From the NCBI GenBank assembly GCA_002633005.1, contig NMRA01000395.1, forward strand, positions 3,804 through 67,803: DNA of 64,000 bases. Reading direction: 5' to 3'. The notes below the pieces were generated by a model. The model did no database searches and was not told the DNA's origin. It saw only the letters and a program-made list of their open reading frames with translations. The DNA is from Phoronis australis. Its lineage: Eukaryota > Animalia > Phoronida. This document shows, piece after piece, positions 51,458-64,000 of the stretch. Position numbers and translations under genes: made by a program. How positions within the stretch are numbered: the first letter of the stretch is position 1; each line of letters opens with the position of its first letter.

Positions 51458-53895
51458 GTAAGCAGGTGCCTTAGTGGGCGATTGGCTTTGAGCCAAATTG
51501 CCAGTTCTTCGGGTGCCTAAGCTTGGAACTGCCAGATTGAACATGATCACGTGGCATGAGCACGCCATGGGGGATAATAAGAGTCAAGTACGTTGATCAG
51601 GTAACAACATAGTCACAAGTGTAGCTCAAGTTTCGTAGCATCAAAATCATGAAAAAAGAGGTGTACTCAGCTGGGTACATTGGTCTGGTGCCTTACTCTA
51701 TCTACGTGGTTTGCCTTGACCGCAACTGGAAAGACTACAAAAGGCTGGTATTTAAAAACGACATTCAAGGTAAAATTTCTACCAAGACTTGCCTTACATT
51801 ATTGCCGGTTTTCTTAACAAAGTTCAAGACAACACCTGTTTCATCTTGGTACAGAATTGTGGTATTATATCCCTACGGCCAGTCACGACCAAACATAACA
51901 CGGCAATTTGTTTACCGGATTTCTACATACATGTACATGTACCGGTACAACGTTGCTTTCGTTCGCTGTCAAGACTAGAATATACAGTATGAACGCTTAT
52001 TGAAGCAGTATGGCTTTTCACACTCGTCTGAGGGTGGATTTGCATTAGTTTGTTGTGCTGATAACTGAAGAAGGTCTCTTCATTCTATCCCTGGCCAGGA
52101 GAGGCATCTTCGGAAGTTCCACGGAAAGTTCAACACAGAAAACTTGAACTCGGAGAAGGCTACCTATCCAATGCACACGTAGCTGACGGAAGAAATCCGT
52201 GAAGGAGAAGATGGCGCAAATTATGTCATCAGGGCTCAATTTTATTATATAAATCGTGATTTTACATTTAAACTTACTCTACGTGAAGCTTTCAGTACGT
52301 CAGAGAGTGCTGTTGAATGATGCTTTTGACGGAATGTTCAACAGTTTGCAGATGTGTTAAGATGATTTTGCAGCAAATAGTGTCAATAATGCGTGTCGTT
52401 TGTTATCATGCATTGCTGAAGTGACATGTTGGGCCTCATTTGTTGCAGAAGTGCCATCGATATTACAATATTTTGATAAAGTATTGGTTATGTTAGTTCA
52501 GTGTTGTAATTAATTTAGGACCTTTGTAATTTTCAGTTCATATAGTATTGAAAATATGATACATGCTTAGTTTTCAATATGTTAATGAAATAATTTCAAA
52601 ATTCCAAGATTTGTGTAATTTTTGTAGTTTTTGCTTAATGTTTCGTTTTACAGCCGGTAATTACGTGAATGGGATAAATTCTTCAATTGAGAATGGGTAC
52701 AATTATCAGAGTTTAGACTTGATTTATATCTCTGATATATAATGTGACCATAATTTGAAATTCTCTTTCTCATCCCTGATTTTATAGTTTACATGGACTA
52801 AAATTTGACAGCCTCGACAAGCTTGATAAATCTTAATTCCATTTTGTTCCTCACTGGTAAAGTTCAGTTTTTAAGTCTGTCTTTCAAGAAAGTTCTCACA
52901 CTTTTCCGTGTTTTTCGTGTTTTACCAAAGTGCTATTTACTGTCTCACGATTAAGAACATTTTTATTTTGTAATATTCATTAAACAGTTTATTGCGTCAA
53001 TTGCTTTTGTTTTTTTTCATTTGCCTTCAGAATAAAACAGCTTCCAGTGCCTAATTTTTCGTAAAACACACTCCAACTCAAACTCGGATAATAACCTATC
53101 ATGCGTAAGATTCAATTACAAAATTTTCCGTTTTCATTGTACATGTTATTTTCGCTGAGTTTATATTTTCTAGGTTGCTGGCAGTTCAACGCCTACGATG
53201 GTAGCCGCGGTTTCACCACGGCGCCTGAAAATAATTTGAGGCTGGGGGGACTAAGTACGCGGATTACCGCTAAGGTGTACACGTACGTATGCAGCAGATA
53301 CAAGCTAATTCCAAGCCTGTGTGCAGGGTTTTGACGTCTGACGTGGGTGGCTTCTTCGATGTTTCTGGAAAAGATACCTATCTTCACAGTTGCCGAATCA
53401 ATATGACCGTTTACCTGTCGAAGCCTGCTCCGTAATGCATCTACATGTACAAACAATTCTGTTGAAGTCAGTCGTTCGTTGCAGGCAATGACCAAAGAAA
53501 CCTGCTTTCGCTCGCTTAACCGTTTTCACAATGGATATTTACTAGGTTGATTGACATTTTTAGATATAAACTTAGTTTTGTAATCAATTTCTTTTTCAGT
53601 ACTTGCGCGCGATGAAAGTCACATGTATTGGAACACTGTTCAAATGGGAACACCCACTTATCTTCTCATTTCAAAGCCATAACGGATATTAACACCGTTC
53701 AACGGCTTCAGTTTAAAATAAAATCCGTTGCAGATTGTCTGCCATGTCGGAGACTTCTAAGGTAAGTAAAAATCAAATCTTCGTCCATGTCTTGCCTTGT
53801 TTTCCAGGAAGTACCTGCACCTGTTACCTTGCGTTAGTCGTCAACTCCCAATGTTTGTTTACGACATTCAAAGCCGCATCGATCACGTTAAGAAT

Positions 53896-54470
53896 CTCGT
53901 TGGTTCCCTGCGTGCTTAGCCCAGTCAGCACGCAGGCGCTTTAGCATTTGTCGATGTAACCTCAGCAGTCATTGGTTAGCTTTACAACACCGTGAAAAAA
54001 TGGCGAACTGTGAACGATTTTTAGCCTTGTCATGCAAGTGGCGTCGCAACAACTATTTCGTTTGTGCAGTAATGTTTAATAGCCGCGTGGTTGAAGCACA
54101 TACATGTACAATAATTAAATCTGGCCGATTTAACCGGTTTGTTATTCATATTGTATGAATAGACAGGACACTATCGTAAACAAAAGTCATCGACAGTAGA
54201 AAGATGCATTCCGAAAAGGCGCAATCACAATTTCTAGGTTTCACATTTCCTGAACATAAATTTTAAGCACCGATTTGTCTGTACAACAGACCACATTTAC
54301 ACTTCAGTCCATTAGCCATGCCAGTTTGTTTGCGTAAAGCGCTGCCTGTTGAGAATTTGACTAGCCAATCAGAAACGCCGATGTAAAAAAATTTACCGAA
54401 GAAAATTAAGTGATACCTGCGTGCTGGCACGGCTACCGCCACACCTAGCGGCACGCAGGGAACCAGCGAG
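53896..54470. mobile_element. MITE family B second copy, 9-bp TSD
   Basis: ctcgttggttccctgcgtgc...gcacgcagggaaccagcgag; flanks gttaagaat/gtgaagaat. Internal homology to 50899-51457. Confidence 0.82.
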
Positions 54471-55079
54471 GTGAAGAATGTCCTCGCGTGAACAGTGCTG
54501 CTATGTTGGACCTAGAGAATGGACGGCTCCGATCTATTCTGGCGAAGTAACAACACTTAATAAGAAAGTCAACTTACGTGACGTTTCAAAAAGGAAGTAA
54601 TTTGCACAAATTCCGTCTGCGCGATCGTGGCTAATATTGAACCATCAGTAGTCACTTATACCGGAGGTCCAATGTTGTAGATTAGTGGTTCAATTTGCGT
54701 GACCCATGACAAATTTCAGTAAGTAAATTAACTGTTTGTTTTGAAAAACTGATCAAAATTTCGGACTGTACTATTCTTAACCTTATTTCTTACGGTACCT
54801 GCGATTATTACACGGGGTCAATTAGTTGTTTGTCAGGAAAGCATATTTTCTTCCACAGGAAATTGGTCGGTGGACTGAAGAGGAAGCACAAAGCACTCAC
54901 CTGCTTGGCATCCGGTGATGATTTCAAAGTGCAGTTTACTTTGTTTTTACATGATTGTATTGTCAACATTACCAAACCTTCATTTACAGCACTGCACATC
55001 ACCACCGTGAATCAAATATCCCCAAAAACAAGGCCCGGAATCGACAAGAAGTGAATTTCACTAGTTTCTTAGCTCCACG

Positions 55080-55399
55080 CAGTGGCGGATTTAGGGGGGG
55101 GGGGCAAGGGGGTCATGGCCCCCCATAAAGTTTTCCCAGATAGATACCGTTTGACAGTTCGGGGTGCAATTTGCTGACTAGCATATGCGCGCACCCCAGG
55201 GACCTCGGGGAGCAAATGTACAATGCATAGGTATTGAACAAACCCCGTTTACCGTTTTTTTTTTAGTAATAAGGTACACGAACCCAAAAATTCGAAACCC
55301 CTGCATCCCTACAATTTAGTCTGGGCTCACGCATATGGCAAAGTTCTGATTGTTACTGTGGCCTGGCCCAACTAACTCAAAATCCTGGATCCGCACCTG
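55080..55399. mobile_element. Composite of GC-rich MITE fragments
   Basis: CAGTGGCGGATTTAG left end, family-A TIR fragment at ~55185, TGGATCCGCACCTG right end. Confidence 0.6.
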
Positions 55400-58300
55400 A
55401 CATGAGTGTGACGTATGAATGTAGGCAGCGGATGCGTGTCGTGTCCACCACCACGCGAGTTCTTGTACAAACGTGTGCCATATCCGCGCTTCTCTGACGT
55501 CCCGCAGGAAAGACAGCATGGTCAACAACTGAGTTGTCACAACCAACGCAAACGCGACGCCTCGGCATTCTTTATCCTCATACTACACCAGTAACCACGG
55601 GAAAATGAGCAGCAATAATTGACGACTTTTTACGCTAAAACAATGGAGGTCGAATATATGTTTCGATTGGTTTCGCGATTCTGCTAGTATGTGTCGAGCA
55701 ATAAAAGCTCATAATTTGAGATCATGTCTATGAATGTTCCAATTTGACAGCTGATACACTGGTGGTGTGAGTTTCTTGTGCCAAACAGAAGTCTACTAGC
55801 ACAGAAAGCCCCTCACTTTTCTCGGACATTCCACACACGCCCTCTGTTTCTGAAGCGCCAAAATTTAAATCATTTAAGGTATGAATTGAATTAATCTTGT
55901 TTTGAGTAAACCTTTTGCATTTGCACTTACGACCACATTTAATGGACCACTGACCAAATACAAAAATCATACGTGGTCTAATTTAAAGAAGCCGTCTTTT
56001 ACTATGAGACTTTTCTAATTTTTAATTTTTGCCATAAGTTCACAGTTGAAATGAAATTCCTTCTGGTGCTTGTCTACATTTTGTATTAAAGTAAATTTGC
56101 TTCATGATCGTTCACTTCAATGTCACGCATGTAGTTAGTGTGTCCAATATAGGTGACGTCCTTCTCTGATTTACTAGACATTCGTTTCCGCAACAGTATG
56201 TGTGGCACTCAATAGTTTTTTATACCATGGCTAGGTTTTCCTTTCCCAGTTTCATTAAAATGACGACCGGGTTGACTAGGCATTTTAACATTTATTCGGC
56301 GTTGGAAAGCTACGATTGGCATTTGGTTGTCTTTTGAGTCTATTCTGATTGAAAAAAAGTTCTTTACCATTTGATCCGTTGTTCTCAGAACATGATTTTC
56401 TAAAACATTTACTATGATCACGTGAGAAGCTGAAATTTAGTAGGAAACGCGGATAACCTTCAGACACTTCGGGTTCGGTTCGTGAAAAGTGTCTGGTCAG
56501 CATATGCCACCCATATGGTTTCTATAATATGGAGGTTTTAGACAGTCTGAACGTGCTCAGTGTCTCCCAGTTCACTGTAATCAAGTGCTAATGGTGGCTT
56601 TGGGGTTTAAATTGCCAATTGTGTATTTTTGCTGATAAACTATGCCATTTAGATATCACTTATATGGAAATGTGTGTAAAATTTTTGAAGACTTTGGCCT
56701 AGTATACTCTATATATTTCCAGGTTCTGTGGAACACGAGGTGGAGCTGCGTGGACCACATTTTCCAAGCCAAAAACCAGACAGAACAAAACGTTGAGTGT
56801 CACCTTAGCATTCGAATCGCATTTTGTTTGTGCAGAATTACAAAAGTGTGGGTTTATAGATAATAATAACCTTAAATTTGGGCTTCTACGTGTATGGCCA
56901 CAGAAATGTTTTACACAGAAGTTCCCAGGGTCATTGTGATATTTTTCAGCGAAAATACGAGCTTTTTGCTGAGAAATAGAAACCAAGCTGCAATCACGTT
57001 TAAAAAAGGCTGGGTTCACTGCCTTCAAGATTCGGGAAAAATAAGGACAATTCAGGTAAAACAAGGAAATATTCGGGCAGCGCAACACCCAATGAAAAAA
57101 TATGTCGATTTCTTAGTTTTGTTTAGGCAGAGTTAAAAGCATGGCAATTGCATTTGCTCGTGTACCTCACAAGAAAAATGAAAACTCATTCCTCCAACTC
57201 GGCAAAATACAATACAACTTTAAAAAGCCTTGACCCATATCATCTGATGGCGTGGAAGACTTTAAACGCAATATTTGACCAGTTCAAGAGACTATGTGAT
57301 GCCATCGTGATAATTAGCAGAGTTGCCACGATGCGTGCCGACGTCAACAAGGGTTAAGGCACCAGTGTTTCTAAAATAAGTACACGTTTATGACAAACAA
57401 ACATACGTGGTACGTGGAAATGAAAATCATCCTTGACTTCAGTTTCACCATCGCCAATGAAGTGAACTTACCGGTCTCTTCTGGTAATATGCAAGACAGA
57501 TTGAAAATGTCAGTGAGGTATGTTTTTAACCTCTGTAAATTTGCCATTTATTTGACATTTCCTAACAGGTGCCGTATAGGTAGAGTTGTTAAGAAAGGCG
57601 TCGCCATTATACAGATGGATGGGCCAGCTTGCGTATTTATGTACATGTATATAAATACACGCGCATGTGTAAACAATACCAGGTTAGTTTCTCTCAAGAT
57701 AAAAATGGCATCCAAGAACTGTGTGTATCACGGTTCTACAAAATATAAGTCCGATAACGGCAAAAAATGTCGAACAATTTAATTACCAATATTTCTAAAC
57801 CCACACTAGCCTGTTAACACCAATTTCTAATTAACTTACGTTTACACGACGTTTCTGCTCTCTTCAGAGATTACGGCATTCACACACACGGTCATGGCTA
57901 TCCTTATGACAAACAGGTTTTAAATTCTGTGATAAACTGCCAACCATTCAATCAAAGCTCACATGCAAATGTTGACGGCGTTCACGGATGTATCTCTGGC
58001 AATTTGCAAGATGTGAAATTTGGCAATCGTCAATGAACGTGGCAGTGGATGGCGACGACTTTTTAGGGTATCCGGTTACAGTACCAGTGTGCACCTTACG
58101 TGAAGTATTTAAAGAGGTTTACCTTTGTACCTTCGCTATTCCGTAACGGATGATCAAATAGGTTTCCATTAAGGATTCGGCGACGCCTGCCTATCTTCGA
58201 AAGGAGTAGGCGTATTCTGCATCACGCCATTTGTATTATCTATATGCCTCTCCTTATCTGTCCAACCGTTCCAATGATCTAGTGGAAATTTTAATGCTTT

Positions 58301-58553
58301 ACGTTGTTCGTTGTATACTCGACATTCATTAACAGATTACCATGAACATTTTTAATAGTAGGTTTCGCTATCAAAATGGCGACGAATTATTTCCATTTGC
58401 GGACGAATTCCATGTATTAAGCGACACCTAGTGACATTTTTATTGCCCCGACATCGTCAATATTTAAAGTGACATTAAAAGGACCATTTGGTGATTCATA
58501 AGCGCGTACTCTAAATACGAACAACCTTAATAGCGGCAGGCCCTACTGTAAAG

Positions 58554-58718
58554 CAGGGGATCCAGGATTTATAGTTGGGGGGGAGGCAGGGCAGAGTATT
58601 AGCCAGGATTTTGCCCGTCAGATATTCGCACCCCCGATCTGAACTGCTAAATGGAATTTGGTAGTGTCTTAGGGGGGGGGGGCATGGGCTACTTGCCCCC
58701 CATCTAAATCCGCCACTG
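58554..58718. mobile_element. Short GC-rich MITE related to 2460-2581
   Basis: caggggatccagg...ctaaatccgccactg; shared internal 40-mer. Confidence 0.7.
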
Positions 58719-59389
58719 CATGAAACATGACAATAACGCTCGATTGGATGTGATATTCTCCACGCTCAGAAATGTTAACTGCAAAGTATTTTTCTCATGG
58801 CCTATGCATTTTTAGTTGCCTGGGTCTACAATCTTTTTACTCTAAATAAAACTAGAATTTAATTTTAACACTTCCCGCTCTACTTTGGTAAGAACTGAAG
58901 ACAAGTATCTGTTATCGTGTGCTCGAGTATATTATGGTTTACGCGAATGACTTAAACAAATTTGACACTTGATGTACCCACCAACACGGTTTGCGAAACC
59001 TATACGATACTCAAGTATAGAATAATCAATAATTATCTGAAGATCGTATGTGCATGTAAGCATAACGGTAGATGATAAATATATAGTCCAGGTCTTAGTG
59101 GGTCCTATAACGACTCCACTTGTTAGATGTGCGCACCGCCCTATCACACAACATCATTGTTATGCAAAAAAAAACACGCAATGCTTCCAAAANCTCTCTC
59201 GTAATTTTATCAGTACTGGTGGAATTTACTGCATGTAGGCCTATGTACATTGCATGTCACTCGTGCCTGAGCAAGTTCGAAAAATGACACCTTAATGCGC
59301 ATTAAGGGAAAAATCCACGGTTTTGATGATTAAGGACTTCCAACCGCACGACGGATGAACCTGTCTAGAGAAATATGTCAGAACTAAAA

Positions 59390-59400
59390 ACTCACCTTTC
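59390..59400 (-). other. Candidate donor of a non-coding first exon of the SOGA/MTCL1-like gene
   Basis: Consensus AAG|GTGAGT (exon end 59396). Could splice to the strong acceptor at 45636. Confidence 0.35.
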
Positions 59401-59973
59401 GTCCGTCACGGCGTTCCGTTAAGCACAGTAACAGTCCTTTGGGAGTATCACCTCGGGATTCAACCTTATTTGGACACTTCGGCAGCAGTTACGCGGAACA
59501 CGTCTAAATATAGAAAATCTTCGTTTACACTTACGTGGAGATCATATGAATGGGGTGACCCTGAACTAGTACCGGTGGAATTTTATTAGATTCATATAGA
59601 ACAGCCTGCTGTGAATTACGAACAAATCAGCCTTGCAGTAGAAACGGCTTCAGCAGCGGCGATCATGAGAGTCACTTGTAAAGAGGTGGGTTTCACATTA
59701 CAAAAGATGTACATGTTTTAATAAACAGAGCTTACACCCAGGGACCCAGCTTCTAAGTAAACACCTGCTGAGTGTCAGGAGCGTGTTGAACAAACACTCG
59801 GAATCAAGGGTCTTCTTATAATTTCAGTTAGCATAGCTGACGACTGCCACGTGTTCCTTCGTTTTGAAATTTGTTGCAGTTTCCGGGTAAGTTCTAACGC
59901 AATGCAAGTACATGTACGTCAATGTGTAGGAATTCGGTGGCTGGAAGAACGAAAAAAGATTATTATCTCTTCA

Positions 59974-60297
59974 TTAGACCACCATCAACATCACTCTCTC
60001 ACCATCACTCAGACACGTGGCACCGGCAGCGGCATCGGCAAGTAAATCATTTCCAGTTCGTAAAACACCACCACCGATAGTTGTCACTGTGATCTTAGAA
60101 TTTTTAAAAACAATTGTTTTTATCGAATCTCTCCCACAAGCTTGGTAGAGTGTTGTAGACTCAAGAATCTCGGCAAGGAAGTTAGCGTGGTCGCATGCTT
60201 CGTTTGCAATGCATGGCGCCATCTCGCGAAGTCGTGCGTGTTCTTGCGTTACCGCTGGAGTCTCGCCTCTACGGAACGCACGAATAATTTCCTGCAT
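59974..60297 (-). CDS. Unassigned 107-aa ORF with coding-like composition
   Basis: ATG-initiated, GC-richer than its flanks, plausible amino-acid usage; no recognised domain. Confidence 0.3.
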   Translation of the reverse strand: MQEIIRAFRRGETPAVTQEHARLREMAPCIANEACDHANFLAEILESTTLYQACGRDSIKTIVFKNSKITVTTIGGGVLRTGNDLLADAAAGATCLSDGERVMLMVV

Positions 60298-60747
60298 GGG
60301 AGCTAGTGTTCAAGCACATGTACTTATGGGTTCGACTCCTTATTTCATGGTTTTTCGCAAATGATTTTAAGGCAAATGACACAACTGCGCAAATATGTTC
60401 ACATTTTCAAGTACAAGTGTTATCCAAAAACAAGCAAAAGTAAGCCTACCTAAGACGAAGACCTCTTGAGGTTTTCATTGATACACTATAGACCTCCTTA
60501 CATTGAGATTCGCATTTATGCCAGTCTATTACTATCCCCTAATTACACCGTGTAAGTATGACTTATTTCATGTCAGGAATAGATGGACATCAAGTGAGTC
60601 CTTCAATCCTTGACATTTGCCAAAGCCTGTCAGAAGCAACATAGATATACTGTAGATGCAATATAAGCATGTCAATTAATTCTTGGTTAATGTCACAACG
60701 GCTGACTGGACTTCGTAGGTTACAAGAGTATATTATATAATGTTCTA

Positions 60748-60995
60748 CATGCGCGCACCCAGGGGTGGGGACTCGGGGGGCTCGGGGGGGGGGCTCGGCA
60801 TTTTGGCGAAGTGGGCAAAAAGTCAACATCAGAGAAACAAAAATTCCGAAAAATTAGATATGAGACAAACGTCTAGTAAAAAGACAGGAACTACCAAAAT
60901 TCGGCGAATGAACAACTCATGTATACGGTAACCCCGTGAATGTTGGTAAACGGTGCACATTCTCAAAAATTCGAGTCCCCCTGGTTGCGCGCATA
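60748..60995. mobile_element. MITE family A copy
   Basis: catgcgcgcacccag...ctggttgcgcgcata. Confidence 0.78.
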
Positions 60996-63900
60996 ATCAA
61001 AAATGGTAACACCAGTTATTTTCCGCTATGCTCCACAAAACACGACAGATCTGTTGCTTGGAGATGGACTCCCCCCAAAAAAGCGTTTGCAAAGCAACCC
61101 GGAAGTAATCAATTGTTACGAATTCTACCATCTCTCACCTTCTAAAACACATTGTTGGTTTTACGGCTAAAACACGAATTTTTGGGGTTTGTAGTTGAAT
61201 GGCATACAGATTTTGAAGTTAGTGGCTTTGCCAAAAGCTATGGAACAAGACAATGATAGTCGCCTGCGTTTTGTGAGTTTATTGCAAATCGCCGAATCGT
61301 GCCGCACCCTGTGTAGCAAGACCAATGACCTGAGCAGGCATGGGAGATTTTTTGTAAATGTTCAGTACGCATCTCGCACGACATTCCAGCGCTTGGTGTC
61401 CTTCCCAAATGCTTATTCTAGAGAGGTTAACCTTATTTTTAAGCCGGATTTGATCAGCACAACATACCACTGGCCATGTTGCAACCCCAGGATTTACTTA
61501 GCATTTGTTAACCTGAGCCAAAGATAATGATGTACATGTATACCTGTAACTATAATACCTTTGCCTGAGCCGGCTACATAGGTGGACCTCGTGGCTCAAG
61601 TGAAAACAAATCACGGAGATGCAATGTACCGTTAAAATCAAATTTCATGCATTGCTTGTATCTAGAATGGGTACGGTGTGAAAGGGTTTCTCGAAGTTTC
61701 TTTTAGAGTGCTCCGCTACGACATCGGTCCCGGGATAACCTCAGCTGCTGATTGCTGAACTACTCGGACTGGTACAACCACTACCCAGCAAACAACTGAT
61801 GAAGTCACAACTAAGTTGGCTTGCAGTGTTTTTTAAAAGTCGCTTATGACTCTAATAACACACAGCGCATGTTGTGGTTTTATAGTTCTGTTCAATTATA
61901 ATAATTTCAAGAAGGCTATTCTACCCAGAGATAACAGCTACTCGAAAAGACATTTACGGCTCCCCTTGAGCTAGTCTCGACCACTACTAAATTGATAGGT
62001 GATTTTTTTGCTGGAAAAGCCTGAATCGACTGATCATTATTGCTTATTTAAATCATGCATGAGACACAGAATGGCCAGCAAGGACAAGCCAAAATGTTGA
62101 GCCCTGTCTCCAGCAGGACTAATAATCCTCCATTTCATTCCAAACTAGAAAACATTTGTATTTCCGGTAATGAACTTTGACTTTCGGATATTTTGGCGTT
62201 CATTGATACTGGTTTTCTTAGTGCCATTCCTCCCCAGTCTGAGGGACGAATTACGAATCTGATTTTGGAAAGGAATCAATTACATCAAGCACAGAACTCA
62301 CTCCAAAACACCAACCTCAGGAACTTGCACACACAAATCGCATCCCGCGTGGTTTTTCGTTCTTCAAATGAAAAGACACTGTGGTGCAATGCCCGTGGTT
62401 GCGATATCTGCGGTATCAGAACGTTCATACTTTTAAGTCTACAATATGTCGCGGATGCGTAAGTTGAGGAAACCAAATTGCGCTAATTAAGTGAATTCAA
62501 AATCGAGAACTTAAAACTGTAATAAATAAAGTTAGGCATGGCAAATTATCGTTGAAGCAATTATTGAACTCCATTCGGTCCATTCTGACGAATTGTTTAC
62601 GTGTTATTATCGTAGTAATCCACCGTGTTCATAAACACAGAACGAAATTTCACGCCCAAAACACGACCCAAAACAAAGAAGCAATTTTTTCAATGACGTT
62701 ACACGGGGCATTGATATAGCATTATTTATGTAAAAGCAATGCCGAGCAACAACATCGTGTACGATTCAGTTTTGCCTTAACAATACACACGATGCGCCGG
62801 AAGTTGAAACAAATACGTTATCTGTAAAATAAATTGGTCTCCTAAAATGTGTGATTCGATTAAATTCAAAACGATCTATCAATCAGTTTCATTTTTGTAG
62901 CAAAGACCACGCTTTACAGTATGTGATATTTCTGACGGTGTCGACTTCAAAACGTGACATGTTACTCTGTCCAGTAAAGGCGCTACATGCAAAACTAAGC
63001 GTTTCATATCTATAGCACAACGACACGTACATGTATGCACACATGAATTTCGTGTTTTTGTGGAACGTTCGGTCCTCGTCGCTTTACCGTGTGACAACTC
63101 ATTAGACGCCACCGTGAATGAGTTTTGACGGCTACATGCAACTCGCCTCCCAAAGTTTTGGGTTTTAGTGCAAGTTAACGTTAAATCAATGAGAAAATGG
63201 ACACGCAATGATTTTCTTGACACTAACTGGGACTTTAATTTGACCGGCACTTCCACACTCGAAAAACTAGCCCTGTTAAACTTAGGCTATTCGGCAGTTA
63301 GAGCGCCTTCCACATTTCCCCAGTAAGAGAACGTGTTCAACTGAGTCCTCACAAGGTGGAGCTAAGGGCGTGCCATGGGGTTTCTTAGGTCAAAGTTATC
63401 CTAGTTCTTCATCAAGCTTGGGTTTGATCAATGACACTACTTGCATCACACGATCCCAAAATAGAAAGTCATAAGTTCAAGGAGTTTCGTTCATTTGCAT
63501 GTAGATGTTGCACTGAAATCTCATGGTGCTGGCAACAACTGGTAGTTATCACCAAGGCGTGAGCCAAGTGGTGGCGCTTCTGAAATATGCGCAACGGCTC
63601 GATGAAGATTGTTGTCTTGTTTCTCCCAAACATTTTACTTCCCAGTAATAACACGGATTCCAGTTTACTAGCACCTATGATGCCATGGAAGCCCATTACT
63701 TTATTGCGGATGTCCCAGCAATCAGGTGGTGATTTTTTCAAGTTAAGAGATTTCTATTTGTTTGATTACAAACCGATATATTTTTTTATTTTCGTCTCTT
63801 CAGCGTTTTAAAGTTACTGGCAGTGTAATCGTAAAATCGGAATGCACACGGGTAGAGTAGTTTACCGCCAACTATTGCTGTCTCAATAGATTAATTCCAC

Positions 63901-64000
63901 TGCATGATCTTCAAAAGCGGGTAGGAATAGATGCTTCGATGGGAATGTTCGGTCTAAGTAATTTGCAATAGATTTTGCAGTCCAGGCTAACATCCTCTGA

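Noticed and set aside
63280-63741. Possible LINE reverse-transcriptase remnant
   Set aside because: No diagnostic RT motif recognisable in any frame.

Overview
Eukaryotic, intron-rich, AT-rich genomic DNA from an animal (probably a marine invertebrate; taxon not determinable). It is a draft assembly with a 71-N gap and single-n joins. The main feature is a ~24 kb minus-strand SOGA/MTCL1-family coiled-coil gene that I reconstructed as 16 phase-consistent coding exons (45420->21725, ~1841 aa), including a GC-AG intron and probable 5' UTR exon(s) up to ~59.4 kb. The left end holds the last exon of a ubiquitin-conjugating E2 gene (+, HLN instead of HPN). It converges on a 4-exon gene encoding a Ubl-like(GG)-RING1-like-truncated IBR protein (-), followed by a small orphan 11-mer-periodic helical protein gene (-). 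The rest is mobile DNA and repeats: a decayed Penelope-like retroelement with an inverted pseudo-LTR, a TTAA-flanked Kolobok-like element with a dead THAP domain, several MITE families, tRNA-derived SINE heads, minisatellites, and two ~1.15 kb tandem duplications joined at single n (likely uncollapsed haplotypes). No prokaryotic system or CRISPR array is present. All family assignments rest on motif recognition by eye, not on searches.
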